Shown in pieces: positions 28,406 through 36,564 of a stretch of DNA of 64,000 nucleotides. The position numbers and the translations under genes are program-made. Location of the stretch: contig CAZYOA010000007.1 in the NCBI GenBank assembly GCA_964648665.1, positions 4,943-68,942 of the forward strand, in the 5' to 3' direction. Source of the stretch: an uncultured Planctomycetales bacterium. GTDB taxonomy: Bacteria; Omnitrophota; Gorgyraeia; Zapsychrales; Aceulaceae. The notes below the pieces were generated by a model. It ran no database searches. It was not told where the DNA came from and saw only the letters and a program-made list of their open reading frames with translations. Position 1 is the first letter of the stretch; every line of letters begins with the position of its first letter.

Positions 28406-29656
28406 ATGAGCCAAAATCAGATTGTCGTTATTGGTGCTGGTCCTTCTGGCATGATGGCAGCTATTTCTGCTAGTAGTGCTGGTGCCAATGTTACTTTAGT
28501 TGAAAAGAATGCAATTCTTGGTCGAAAGCTTCTTTTTACCGGTAAGGGCCGGTGCAATCTCACCAATCAATCTTCTTTAGATGAATTTCTAAAACGTTTT
28601 TCTAAAAATAATGCACAGTTTTTACGTGATGCATTTAAAGGTTTATTTGTTGAGGAACTTATTTCATTTTTTGAGATGCGAGGTTTGAAAATGAAAGTTG
28701 AGCGTCAACAAAGAGTATTTCCTCAAACAGATAAATCAAGTAGCATTGTTAAAGTTCTGGTCAAAGAGCTTAAGAAAAATAAAGTTAAATCCCTTGTCAG
28801 CATCGGTGTTAAGAATATTTTAGTTGAACAGGATACTGTTGTGGGTGTTTCTTTGCATGATGGAGAAATCATACAGGCAAATAAAGTTATTTTGGCTACA
28901 GGTGGAACATCTTATCAATTTACAGGATCAACAGGGGATGGATTTAAATTTGCTGAAAGGCTTGGCCACAGGATTATTCCGCCAAGTCCGGGACTTGTCG
29001 CTCTTGTTTCTAAGCAGAAAGATTTAAATGAGCTGTCTGGAGTAACGCTTCGAAATATTAAGCTTTGCTTTAGGGGCGGTAAGAAAGAAATTACAACTTC
29101 AGTTGGAGAGTTTTTGTTTACTGATTTTGGAGTTTCTGGTCCGCTTGTTTTATCGGCAAGCGGAAAAGTTATTGATTGGTTAAGTGATGGACTTAAGGTT
29201 TTTGTTGAGATTGATTTTAAACCTGGACTTTCTTCTGAACAGCTTCAGAAACGATTCTTTAAAGATTTTAAAGTATCCCCAAAGAAGAATATTAAGAATG
29301 CCTTAAAAGATTTCTTGCCGAGAAGACTTGTTGATATTTTTCTTTCGCGTAGTGGTATTTCTCCTGAAAAACAAGTCAATCAAATTACATCTCAAGAGAG
29401 AGAAAATCTTATTATATTTTTCAAGCATTTTCCTATTGAAATTAAAGAAAGCCTTCCGATGGAAGAGGCTATGGTTACCCGTGGCGGAATCTCTTTAAAA
29501 GATATTAACCCTCGAACTATGGAGTCTAAGAAAGTTAAGGGTCTTTATTTTGCAGGAGAAGTTATTGATGTTGATGGTGATACGGGTGGATTTAATTTAC
29601 AAGCGGCTTTTTCAACGGGTTATCTTGCTGGACAATCTGCTTGTTGTTGTACTTAG
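28406..29656 (+). CDS. NAD(FAD)-utilising flavoprotein, HI0933/BaiN-like family
   Basis: VVIGAGPSGMMAA dinucleotide motif, TGKGRCNLTN, and C-terminal ..LYFAGEVIDVDGDTGGFNLQAAFSTG. Confidence 0.75.
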   Translation: MSQNQIVVIGAGPSGMMAAISASSAGANVTLVEKNAILGRKLLFTGKGRCNLTNQSSLDEFLKRFSKNNAQFLRDAFKGLFVEELISFFEMRGLKMKVERQQRVFPQTDKSSSIVKVLVKELKKNKVKSLVSIGVKNILVEQDTVVGVSLHDGEIIQANKVILATGGTSYQFTGSTGDGFKFAERLGHRIIPPSPGLVALVSKQKDLNELSGVTLRNIKLCFRGGKKEITTSVGEFLFTDFGVSGPLVLSASGKVIDWLSDGLKVFVEIDFKPGLSSEQLQKRFFKDFKVSPKKNIKNALKDFLPRRLVDIFLSRSGISPEKQVNQITSQERENLIIFFKHFPIEIKESLPMEEAMVTRGGISLKDINPRTMESKKVKGLYFAGEVIDVDGDTGGFNLQAAFSTGYLAGQSACCCT

Positions 29657-29751
29657 AGATTTATTTTATAAAAAAAGTTTCGTGTTAAAATGAGCTGTTG
29701 TTTAGGTGTAGGGCTAAACAAGAAATATTTTTTATAGCAAGGAGAAGACGT

Positions 29752-30099
29752 ATGATAAAATTTGTTGGATTATTCTTAGGATTGATATTTTGCTTATTTA
29801 CTCAAGATGTATTCGCTCATCCACCGGTGCGTATCGATGTTTCTTATGATGCACCAACAAAAACAGTAACCGCTGTGATTGTTCATCCTGTGGCAAATCC
29901 AAAGTCTCATTATATAGAAAAAGTTGATGTTTCTGTTAATGGAAAAGAGGTTGAGGATAAAATATTTTCTTCTCAGGAGAATGCAAGCGAGCAAACTGTT
30001 AGTTATGAGCTTAAAGATGTAAAATCTGGAGATGTGATCGGCATTGAAGGGTATTGTAATATTTCTGGAAAGAAAGAAAATACAATTATAGTGCAATGA
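29752..30099 (+). CDS. exported superoxide-reductase-like (neelaredoxin/desulfoferrodoxin domain II-like) protein
   Basis: Signal peptide MIKFVGLFLGLIFCLFTQDVFA. AHPPVRID.., ..VIVHPVANPKSHYIEKVDV.. and ..GYCNISG parallel the SOR ligand motifs (xHVPxI, HPxxxxHxI, CNxHG), but the last His is Ser. Confidence 0.45.
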   Translation: MIKFVGLFLGLIFCLFTQDVFAHPPVRIDVSYDAPTKTVTAVIVHPVANPKSHYIEKVDVSVNGKEVEDKIFSSQENASEQTVSYELKDVKSGDVIGIEGYCNISGKKENTIIVQ

Positions 30100-30437
30100 A
30101 AGAAAAAATAATATTTAGCATTCTTCGTATTTCTTTAGGTGTTGTTTTTCTCGTCTTTGGTATTGGAAAGTTTACTGGAGATTATTGGGCGAGAAGCATG
30201 GAAGCAATGACGATTGTTCAAGCGATGCCGTGGAATCCGCAATATTCTGTCTGGGCATTTGGTGCCATCGAAATTTTAACAGCCACATTTTTAATTCTTG
30301 GTTTTTTTGTGCGTTTTGTAGCTGTTTTAGCTGGTTTACAACTTTTATCGATTTTGATTGTTTTGCAGTTTCAGGAAATTCGCGACATTGGGCTTTTAGG
30401 GGCTGCAATATTTTTAACGTTTTATGAAAGAAAATAA
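30096..30437 (+). CDS. DoxX-family membrane protein
   Basis: 113 aa with 4 TM helices and an N-terminal LRISLGVVFLVFGIGKF motif typical of DoxX. ATGA overlap with the upstream gene. Confidence 0.6.
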   Translation: MKEKIIFSILRISLGVVFLVFGIGKFTGDYWARSMEAMTIVQAMPWNPQYSVWAFGAIEILTATFLILGFFVRFVAVLAGLQLLSILIVLQFQEIRDIGLLGAAIFLTFYERK

Positions 30438-30466
30438 CATTCTAACTTCTTCTTATTCTATCAGCA

Positions 30467-31606
30467 GTGAACAATCTTAAAACTCACCTTATTTGCTTGG
30501 AATGTCCTAATGGATGCAATCTAAGACTTGATTGGAAAACAGATACGTCTGTCTCAATTTCAGAAAATAAATGTGCTAAAGGTATTATTTTTGCATCACG
30601 TATTCTAAAAAAAGAAAAACAAGCACATATTACAGTAGACGCTTGTTCTAAGCACTTGAGCAAAGAAATTTTATCTAAAATTATTTCGTTTTGGGATATC
30701 GAGATTGATCGATTGCGTTATGATATTGATATTCAGGGAAGCCCCGAGAGAACTGTTTTTCGTGTTGTTGTTGAAGATAAGAAGAATAATTTATATTTAT
30801 TAGAGGAGATTGAGCAAAAAACACTTTTAAAGAAGCAAAAAATAGTTAAAAGTCTTGAGTTTTTATCGGACAAAGATCTTAAATATGTTCAACCATATTT
30901 TAAAAACAGAAACGAAGATTATATTATTTCTCAGGAAGGTCGATTGTGGCAGATGATTAAGTTTGTTCCGAGTGTTCGGCTTAATCGACGAGAATATATG
31001 TACGACGAATGGCGTGGAGATGTTTTAGCTGACTTTCTGATTGATCTCAAAACAAAATCTAAAGAGTTAGTGTTTTTTAGGGAAGAAAAGGCGTTTTCAA
31101 TTAAAAAATATATTTATCGATTAGTTCAGAAGATTGAATCTTATTGTCCAGAGGCAAAGAAAGATGTTGATTTTGTAGTTAATTTTCTCGATAAAGATTT
31201 TATGAATATTCACGATGAGCTTCCTGTGTGTTTTTGTCATGGTGATTTTCATCCGATGAATATTGTTTGGGGACAAAAGAAAATAGAATATGTGATTGAT
31301 TGGGAGTTCTTAGGGATTAAGCCAGAGATTTATGATATGTGTAATTTAATCGGATGTGTTGGGATAGAGCATCCATCAAGTCTTTATGAGGGGCTGATTC
31401 TTCCTTTTGTAAGAAAAATAAAAGCAGCAAAGATTTTTTCAAATATTAGTTTTGAGTATTTGATTGAATTTATTATTGCACTTCGTTTTGCTTGGCTTTC
31501 TGAGTGGCTTAGACGTGAAGATGAAGACATGATTGATCTTGAGCTGACTTATATGAAACTTTTAATTGAGCAAAAAGAAGATATTAAAAAGGCATGGGGT
31601 CTATAA
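30467..31606 (+). CDS. fusion protein: DUF1667-like Cys motif N-domain + aminoglycoside/choline-kinase-type phosphotransferase domain
   Basis: N-terminus LICLECPNGCNL..ENKCAKG. C-terminus CHGDFHPMNIVW..VIDWEF (HxDxxxxN catalytic loop and metal-binding D). GTG start. Confidence 0.5.
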   Translation: MNNLKTHLICLECPNGCNLRLDWKTDTSVSISENKCAKGIIFASRILKKEKQAHITVDACSKHLSKEILSKIISFWDIEIDRLRYDIDIQGSPERTVFRVVVEDKKNNLYLLEEIEQKTLLKKQKIVKSLEFLSDKDLKYVQPYFKNRNEDYIISQEGRLWQMIKFVPSVRLNRREYMYDEWRGDVLADFLIDLKTKSKELVFFREEKAFSIKKYIYRLVQKIESYCPEAKKDVDFVVNFLDKDFMNIHDELPVCFCHGDFHPMNIVWGQKKIEYVIDWEFLGIKPEIYDMCNLIGCVGIEHPSSLYEGLILPFVRKIKAAKIFSNISFEYLIEFIIALRFAWLSEWLRREDEDMIDLELTYMKLLIEQKEDIKKAWGL

Positions 31607-31695
31607 ATTTAGATATTTGAGTCTTGACTGATTTTTCTTGAAGTAGTAAAATTTATTTTAGAAAGAAATTTTAGTGAAAATAATAGGAGGTAAAT

Positions 31696-32310
31696 ATGGG
31701 AAATAAAATATTTATTGTTCTTTTGCTATCAGGCGTTGTTTTAAATTTAGGATTTTCTCGCGCGCCATGTTCAGATAAAGTTACAAAGAAGGATCTGGAA
31801 AAAGAAATTAAAGTTTTGCAGAAGAAAGTAGATTTTCTTGAAGTAGAGATTCAAAGAAATCATGGAGATTTTGGAAGTTTGTTTTTTGGGCGACGTCCGA
31901 AGAATCATTGGGATCCTTTTAAGGAGATGGAGAGGATGCAGGATGAAATGGATCATAGATTTCAACGCTCCTTCGGACGAATAGGTCCAGAACAGGGAAT
32001 GTTTACAACATCAATGAATTTTGATTATGATTTTGGGTTTAAGGATGATGGAGGTTATTATGAATTAATGATAGATATGCAAGGGTTGGATGAAAAAAGT
32101 TTAGATGTAAAGATAGAGGGGGAGTCGATTACAATAAAAGGGTATTATGATAAACAAGAGTCGCAAGAAAGTCCAGATAGCTTTTATAGTTCGAAAAACT
32201 TCGGATCGTTCTTAAGTATTGTGCCGTTACCTGTAGATGCGGATGCATCAAAAGCAGAAACGCAAAGGAAAAAAGATCGTCTTATAATTAAGATTCCAAA
32301 AAGATCATAA
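31696..32310 (+). CDS. small heat-shock protein (Hsp20/alpha-crystallin) with N-terminal signal peptide
   Basis: MGNKIFIVLLLSGVVLNLGFS hydrophobic leader, a coiled-coil linker, WDPFKEMERMQDEMDHRF, and an alpha-crystallin-like block ..YELMIDMQGLDEKSLDVKIEGESITIKG.. Confidence 0.65.
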   Translation: MGNKIFIVLLLSGVVLNLGFSRAPCSDKVTKKDLEKEIKVLQKKVDFLEVEIQRNHGDFGSLFFGRRPKNHWDPFKEMERMQDEMDHRFQRSFGRIGPEQGMFTTSMNFDYDFGFKDDGGYYELMIDMQGLDEKSLDVKIEGESITIKGYYDKQESQESPDSFYSSKNFGSFLSIVPLPVDADASKAETQRKKDRLIIKIPKRS

Positions 32311-32333
32311 GAAGTAAGAGTGATATAATTTAA

Positions 32334-32366
32334 AGAGGGCGGCTTTCAGAAAGCCGCCCTTTAATT
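32334..32366 (+). terminator. rho-independent terminator after hsp20
   Basis: Perfect 11-bp stem AGGGCGGCTTT / AAAGCCGCCCT with loop CAG (32336-32360), followed by TTTAATTT. Confidence 0.8.
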
Positions 32367-32416
32367 TAATGAATAATAAATGATTTTTAAAATAGCTGGA
32401 TAGGCTGCATAATTAT

Positions 32417-32668
32417 ATATGGTATGCATATATTCTAGAAGCTCAAGACACGTGACTTTATATAGGCATTACAAATGACATTGATCGATGCATGAAGATG
32501 CATAAAAATGGTAAGATTGCACGTTTTGCACGTATTTTTGAATTTAAGGAATTTTTGCATTCTGAAGAGTGTGGAATAAAAAGAGCTGATGTCCTTAAGC
32601 GGGAATGTGAAATAAAGAAGATTATACGAGAAAAGAAGTTGAAGCTTATTGTGGAAAGTCGTATCTAG
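32417..32668 (+). pseudogene. decayed GIY-YIG (UPF0213/YhbQ-like) nuclease gene
   Basis: Translation is (I)WYAYILEAQDT*LYIGITNDIDRCMKMHKNG..LKRECEIKKIIREKKLKLI, which carries the GIY and YIG motifs, Arg and Glu. There is an in-frame TGA at 32453-32455. The expected start codon reads ATA (32417), with a TAG 27 nt upstream in frame. It is not in the ORF track. Confidence 0.6.
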
Positions 32669-34059
32669 GTTTTCTTGATATCAATACACAAGACAAAGAT
32701 GTCATCTTGAAATTCTTTATCCTTAAATGAATTTAAAGCATCAATTAATTTCTGATTAAATATTTTCGCTTTTAAATCAAAATGATTCCTGATAAATCCT
32801 TCAAAGCGAGTTTCACCAAATTCTTCCATATTTTTATTCTTAGTTTCTGTTACTCCATCCGTAAAAAGAATCAATTTGTCACCTTTTAGGAAAGGTATTT
32901 CTTTTTCAGTGCCAGGGTCATTTTGGTTGTTGATAGAAATGCCTAAAAGCGTGTTCATAGAATCAAGTTGTTCAACCTGAGAATCTCTTGATCGATAAAG
33001 GTATTGACCTGGATGGCCATGATTAGCAAAAGTAAGCGTCATTTTTTCAAAATCAAGAAGACAGCAGAATGCGCTTAGAAACATATGGGTATCTTTAAAG
33101 TCTGTTTTAATAAAAGTATTGAGTTTTTGTAAAAGAAGATTTGGATCTTGTGTTTCCTTTGCTAAAGCTTCAAACTCAGAATGAATACGATTGACGAGAA
33201 GGGCTGCTGATACGCCATGACCTGTCACGTCGCTGATAAAGAATAAAATCTTATTTTGATCAACGAAGTGAAATTTTGCATAATCGCCACCAACATAGGA
33301 CATAGGAAGATAGCTGACTGCAATATCGGCAAGATTTGTGCTGATTGATTTTGGGATTAAGGTCTTATGAATACGTTTAGCAAGTTTTAGCTCGTCTTGC
33401 ATCTGATCGTTCTTTGCCTCGACCTCCTTTAAAAGAATGAAATTTTCTATTTCTCGTTGAGCATCCTTTTTTCTAACAACAAAACATAACATCGCTGATA
33501 AAAGAAGCAAGATGATTCCCATAATCCATGATTCCGTGACTTCGGAAGCAGGTTGAAGATAGGCATAATGAGTAAAAATATAAGCAGTAACTAAGAAATA
33601 GGTAAGGAAATAAAAAATTGTAATTGGGATAAGCTCAAAAGCATTCCACGGTAAGATAAAACATCCGAAGAATAAAGAAAAAAGATGAGCGGAAACAACA
33701 TCATCCATTGTTGTTGGGTACAAAATATCAAGATATGACATAAAGCTAATGACTGCAAAAACAACGATATATCCATAAATTTTTATTCGAAGCAGGTTAT
33801 GCGTTTTTTTAGATAAACGGCAAAAAAGAAAAATTGTAATCGCGAGTGCTAAGAAAGCACCATATTCAGAGGCATAAAAAGAAAAGTTGTATCGATAGAA
33901 AAAATATAAAGCATCATGAATAACGTAAAGGGTAAGGTAGAATCCTACAACTAAAGAAAAAATAAGTTGAATTCGTTCTCGAAAGAGCAAAACGCTTTGC
34001 TCTTTAAATTCATCAAGATATTCTTTTGGTAAGGGTTGATTTTTTTTAAATAGCTTCAT
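32665..34059 (-). CDS. membrane-bound PP2C/SpoIIE-family serine phosphatase
   Basis: About 7 N-terminal TM helices followed by a PP2C domain (GGDYAKF..FFISDVTGHGVSAALL..LFTDGVTE). Confidence 0.75.
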   Translation of the reverse strand: MKLFKKNQPLPKEYLDEFKEQSVLLFRERIQLIFSLVVGFYLTLYVIHDALYFFYRYNFSFYASEYGAFLALAITIFLFCRLSKKTHNLLRIKIYGYIVVFAVISFMSYLDILYPTTMDDVVSAHLFSLFFGCFILPWNAFELIPITIFYFLTYFLVTAYIFTHYAYLQPASEVTESWIMGIILLLLSAMLCFVVRKKDAQREIENFILLKEVEAKNDQMQDELKLAKRIHKTLIPKSISTNLADIAVSYLPMSYVGGDYAKFHFVDQNKILFFISDVTGHGVSAALLVNRIHSEFEALAKETQDPNLLLQKLNTFIKTDFKDTHMFLSAFCCLLDFEKMTLTFANHGHPGQYLYRSRDSQVEQLDSMNTLLGISINNQNDPGTEKEIPFLKGDKLILFTDGVTETKNKNMEEFGETRFEGFIRNHFDLKAKIFNQKLIDALNSFKDKEFQDDIFVLCIDIKKT

Positions 34060-34456
34060 TGTAATCTTTTAAAAATTTTATCCAAACGTTTCGAGATCTG
34101 GGTCCATCGAATTCCATAAAAAAGATTCCTTGCCATGTGCCTAATTGAATCTTCCCATTCTCAACGATAAAAGTCTGAGAGAAATTGATTAAGCTTCCCT
34201 TTATGTGTGCGTCGGAGTTTCCTTCGGCGTGCTGGTAATTGTCAGCCTGAGGAATTTTTTTACCAAGAAAATAAAGTATATCATCTTTAACATCTGGATC
34301 AGCATTTTCATTTACAGTAATACCGGCTGTTGTGTGTGGAGAGAAAACAGTTAGAAGCCCTGAGCGAAAGGTATTTTCAGAAATTAACTTTTGAATATTT
34401 GGAGTAATATCAACAATTTGATTACGGCTTTGTGTCGAAATTTGAATTGTATGCAT
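34046..34456 (-). CDS. YjbQ/UPF0047 family protein
   Basis: ..VFSPHTTAGITVNENADPDVKDD..GNSDAHIKGSL..LGTWQGIFFMEFDGPRSR, diagnostic of the family. Confidence 0.8.
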   Translation of the reverse strand: MHTIQISTQSRNQIVDITPNIQKLISENTFRSGLLTVFSPHTTAGITVNENADPDVKDDILYFLGKKIPQADNYQHAEGNSDAHIKGSLINFSQTFIVENGKIQLGTWQGIFFMEFDGPRSRNVWIKFLKDYNEAI

Positions 34457-34538
34457 AAAACAATTATATAATGCATTTTTTATTTCTCAATACATTTTCT
34501 TCAGATATAATTATAGAGGATTTTTGAAAGGATCTCTT

Positions 34539-35087
34539 ATGAAAAAAATAAATGAGAAAATACTGTTTGCTGGAAAATGGATTTCAGTTAAAGAAGCTGT
34601 ATTTCTAAATAAAGAAAATCAGGAGCTTAGCTGGGAATTTATTAAAAGAGAGAATGCGGTATCAAGCGTTATTGTTGTTCCTATTTTAATTCCGTCAAAA
34701 AGATTTGTTATTATAAAACAATATCGTCCTGCGATTAATGATTATATTTTGGCTTTTCCGGCAGGGCTTTCTGATGGCAATGATGCTCAAGCCTTGATAG
34801 AGCTAAAAGAAGAAACAGGATATGTTGGAAGAGTTATTAACAGAAGTCCGATGCTTCAAATTAATTTTGGACTCATGGATGAAAAAAGTCAAACTGTTGT
34901 TGTTCATATTGATGAAGGAAATGTCCAAAATCAAAATCCTCAACAAGATCTTGAGCCAACAGAGGAAATCGAAGTTATTTTAGTGGAACATAATCGAACA
35001 AGAGAATTTTTATTAAACGAGGCAAGAGGGGGTGTACGTATTGCTGCAGGCTTGTGGTATGTTTTGGGTTTGGATTTAAGCATTTAG
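34539..35087 (+). CDS. NUDIX hydrolase (ADP-ribose pyrophosphatase-like)
   Basis: Nudix box GLSDGNDAQALIELKEETGY. ATG 34539 is preferred to the TTG track start. Confidence 0.7.
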   Translation: MKKINEKILFAGKWISVKEAVFLNKENQELSWEFIKRENAVSSVIVVPILIPSKRFVIIKQYRPAINDYILAFPAGLSDGNDAQALIELKEETGYVGRVINRSPMLQINFGLMDEKSQTVVVHIDEGNVQNQNPQQDLEPTEEIEVILVEHNRTREFLLNEARGGVRIAAGLWYVLGLDLSI

Positions 35088-35113
35088 ATAAACAAAGGCT
35101 TGGAAAGGAGCAT

Positions 35114-35278
35114 ATGATGAAAATTGGAAAAAGAAGTGTTAAAGTTTTCAAGATGAAGAATCGAAAAGGTTATGCTGCGCTTTGTTGCGATCATCTTACG
35201 GAAGGATTGACTCAAAAACAATCTTTAGTGCGTATGGAAAAAGCTTTAGCGCGAACAGATCGAAAAGCAAAGAAATAG
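35114..35278 (+). CDS. small basic hypothetical protein (54 aa)
   Basis: SD GGAAAGGAG lies just upstream of ATG 35114. The longer track ORF (35054) overlaps the Nudix gene. No recognisable motif. Confidence 0.3.
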   Translation: MMKIGKRSVKVFKMKNRKGYAALCCDHLTEGLTQKQSLVRMEKALARTDRKAKK

Positions 35279-35426
35279 ACATTCTAAGCAATGCTCCATA
35301 AAATGTCCAAAATAGTAGTTTTATTGGGATTTTTATATATATGCATGGAAATAAAAGACTTTTTACTCCACCTCAAAGTATTTGATATAAAGCGACTTAG
35401 AGAAAATAAGATTTTATAAAAGAAAG

Positions 35427-35455
35427 GGAACTTTTTGTTCCTTTTCTTTGTCTAA
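35427..35455 (+). promoter_or_regulatory. ECF (RpoE-like) promoter upstream of the sigma factor gene
   Basis: GGAACTT, 17-nt spacer, TCTAA. The TTG used as ORF start in the track (35448) lies inside this element. Confidence 0.6.
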
Positions 35456-35474
35456 TAAAGTAGAGAGGAATATT

Positions 35475-36035
35475 ATGCAAGAAATTGCACAAGATATCTT
35501 GGAAAGATCAGCTGCTGGAGACCTTGCGGCGTTTGAGTGCCTTTATAGGGCTAGCAGTGGGCTTGTTTACAATGTAGCATTCCGTATTGTCGATAGTCAT
35601 CAAGATGCTGAAGAGGTTACTCAAGATGTTTTTGTGAATGTCTATAAGAATTTAAGTAAATTTGAATTTCGCTCATCATTTAAAACATGGATTTATCGCA
35701 TTACAATTAATGCTGCTCTTAATCGATCTAAGAAAATGATTAAAGAGAAAAAGCGAACTGCTGTTTTAAGTGATTATCAAATTGATTCAGTAAGTTTTAA
35801 AGAGCAGAAAGCTAATGATTCAAAGCCTGATGATGAATTGGTTCATCGTCTTTTATCAAGTCTTAATCCGGATCAAAAGGCATGTGTGGTTCTGAGAAAT
35901 ATTGAGGGTTTAAGTTATGAAGAAATCTCTAGATCTTTAAATATAAACATCAATACGGTTCGGTCGCGACTTAAGAGAGCTAGAGAGAAAATGGGAAAGC
36001 TTATTAAGAAAAGAGGTGATCATGATGAATTGTAA
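35475..36035 (+). CDS. ECF-type RNA polymerase sigma-70 factor
   Basis: Region 2 (..VYNVAFRIVDSHQDAEEVTQDVFVNVYKNL..WIYRITINAALN) and region 4 (LRNIEGLSYEEISRSLNININTVRSRLKRAREKM). ATG 35475 is preceded by GAGAGG. Confidence 0.85.
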   Translation: MQEIAQDILERSAAGDLAAFECLYRASSGLVYNVAFRIVDSHQDAEEVTQDVFVNVYKNLSKFEFRSSFKTWIYRITINAALNRSKKMIKEKKRTAVLSDYQIDSVSFKEQKANDSKPDDELVHRLLSSLNPDQKACVVLRNIEGLSYEEISRSLNININTVRSRLKRAREKMGKLIKKRGDHDEL

Positions 36036-36507
36036 GAGTATTCAAGAATTGTTATTAACTGATTATGTCGATGGTGAAATGAGTGATTCTGAGCGTAAGA
36101 TTATTGATGATCATTTAAAGAGTTGTCAAAAGTGTGAAGAGTTTGCGTTGTTAGCGAAAAAGGTCGGGGTTGATTCTTTTTCTGACACTGAAAGAGTTTC
36201 ACCTTCTGAGAATGTTTGGCAGCGTATTAAAATGCAAGTTAGTTCTAGTTCTGAGAAGTGCAATATTTTTAATAATATTTTTTCCTTAGAAAACATAAAG
36301 AATGCTTTTGCTCTGATGCGACCCAGATTAGTCTTGGCGAGCATTTTATTTGTTGTTTTATCAACAACATTATTTATTAAGGTTTCAGAGCAGAATTTGG
36401 CTTTAAAACAGGAAGAACAAGTTGTTGTTTATTTAGCAACGCTAAGTGAGGATGATGATTCTTTTGATGAAGATTTTGAAACAAATATCGAGAAATATTT
36501 TTTGTAA
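36016..36507 (+). CDS. anti-sigma factor (zf-HC2 type, single TM)
   Basis: C..IQELLLTDYVDGEMS..HLKSCQKCEEF zinc-finger anti-sigma motif, one TM helix (LVLASILFVVLSTTLFI), and overlap with the sigma gene. Confidence 0.7.
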   Translation: MIMMNCKSIQELLLTDYVDGEMSDSERKIIDDHLKSCQKCEEFALLAKKVGVDSFSDTERVSPSENVWQRIKMQVSSSSEKCNIFNNIFSLENIKNAFALMRPRLVLASILFVVLSTTLFIKVSEQNLALKQEEQVVVYLATLSEDDDSFDEDFETNIEKYFL

Positions 36508-36513
36508 AATGAA

Positions 36514-36542
36514 GGAACTTTTTAGAAGTTTGTTTTGTCTAA
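36514..36542 (+). promoter_or_regulatory. second ECF (RpoE-like) promoter, upstream of the Spy/CpxP-like gene
   Basis: GGAACTT, 17-nt spacer, TCTAA, with the same spacing and extended GGAACTTTTT...TTTGTCTAA context as 35427-35455. The track start TTG 36535 lies inside it. Confidence 0.6.
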
Positions 36543-36564
36543 GATAGTGAAAGGAGGAAAGATT

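Noticed and set aside
29794-30427. Track ORFs 29794..30096 (-), 30172..30408 (-) and 30185..30427 (+, alternative frame).
   Set aside because: They overlap the SOR-like and DoxX genes, which have a signal peptide, TM helices and family motifs. The overlapping frames give low-complexity products without start signals.
32453-32455. In-frame TGA inside the GIY-YIG-like reading frame, considered as evidence for a TGA-recoding genetic code (code 4 or 25) or selenocysteine.
   Set aside because: Many well-supported genes in the window terminate at TGA exactly where homologues end, often in ATGA overlaps (for example 6883-6885, 7809-7811, 21424-21426, 47982-47984). The same locus has also lost its ATG start. 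A pseudogene is the simpler reading.
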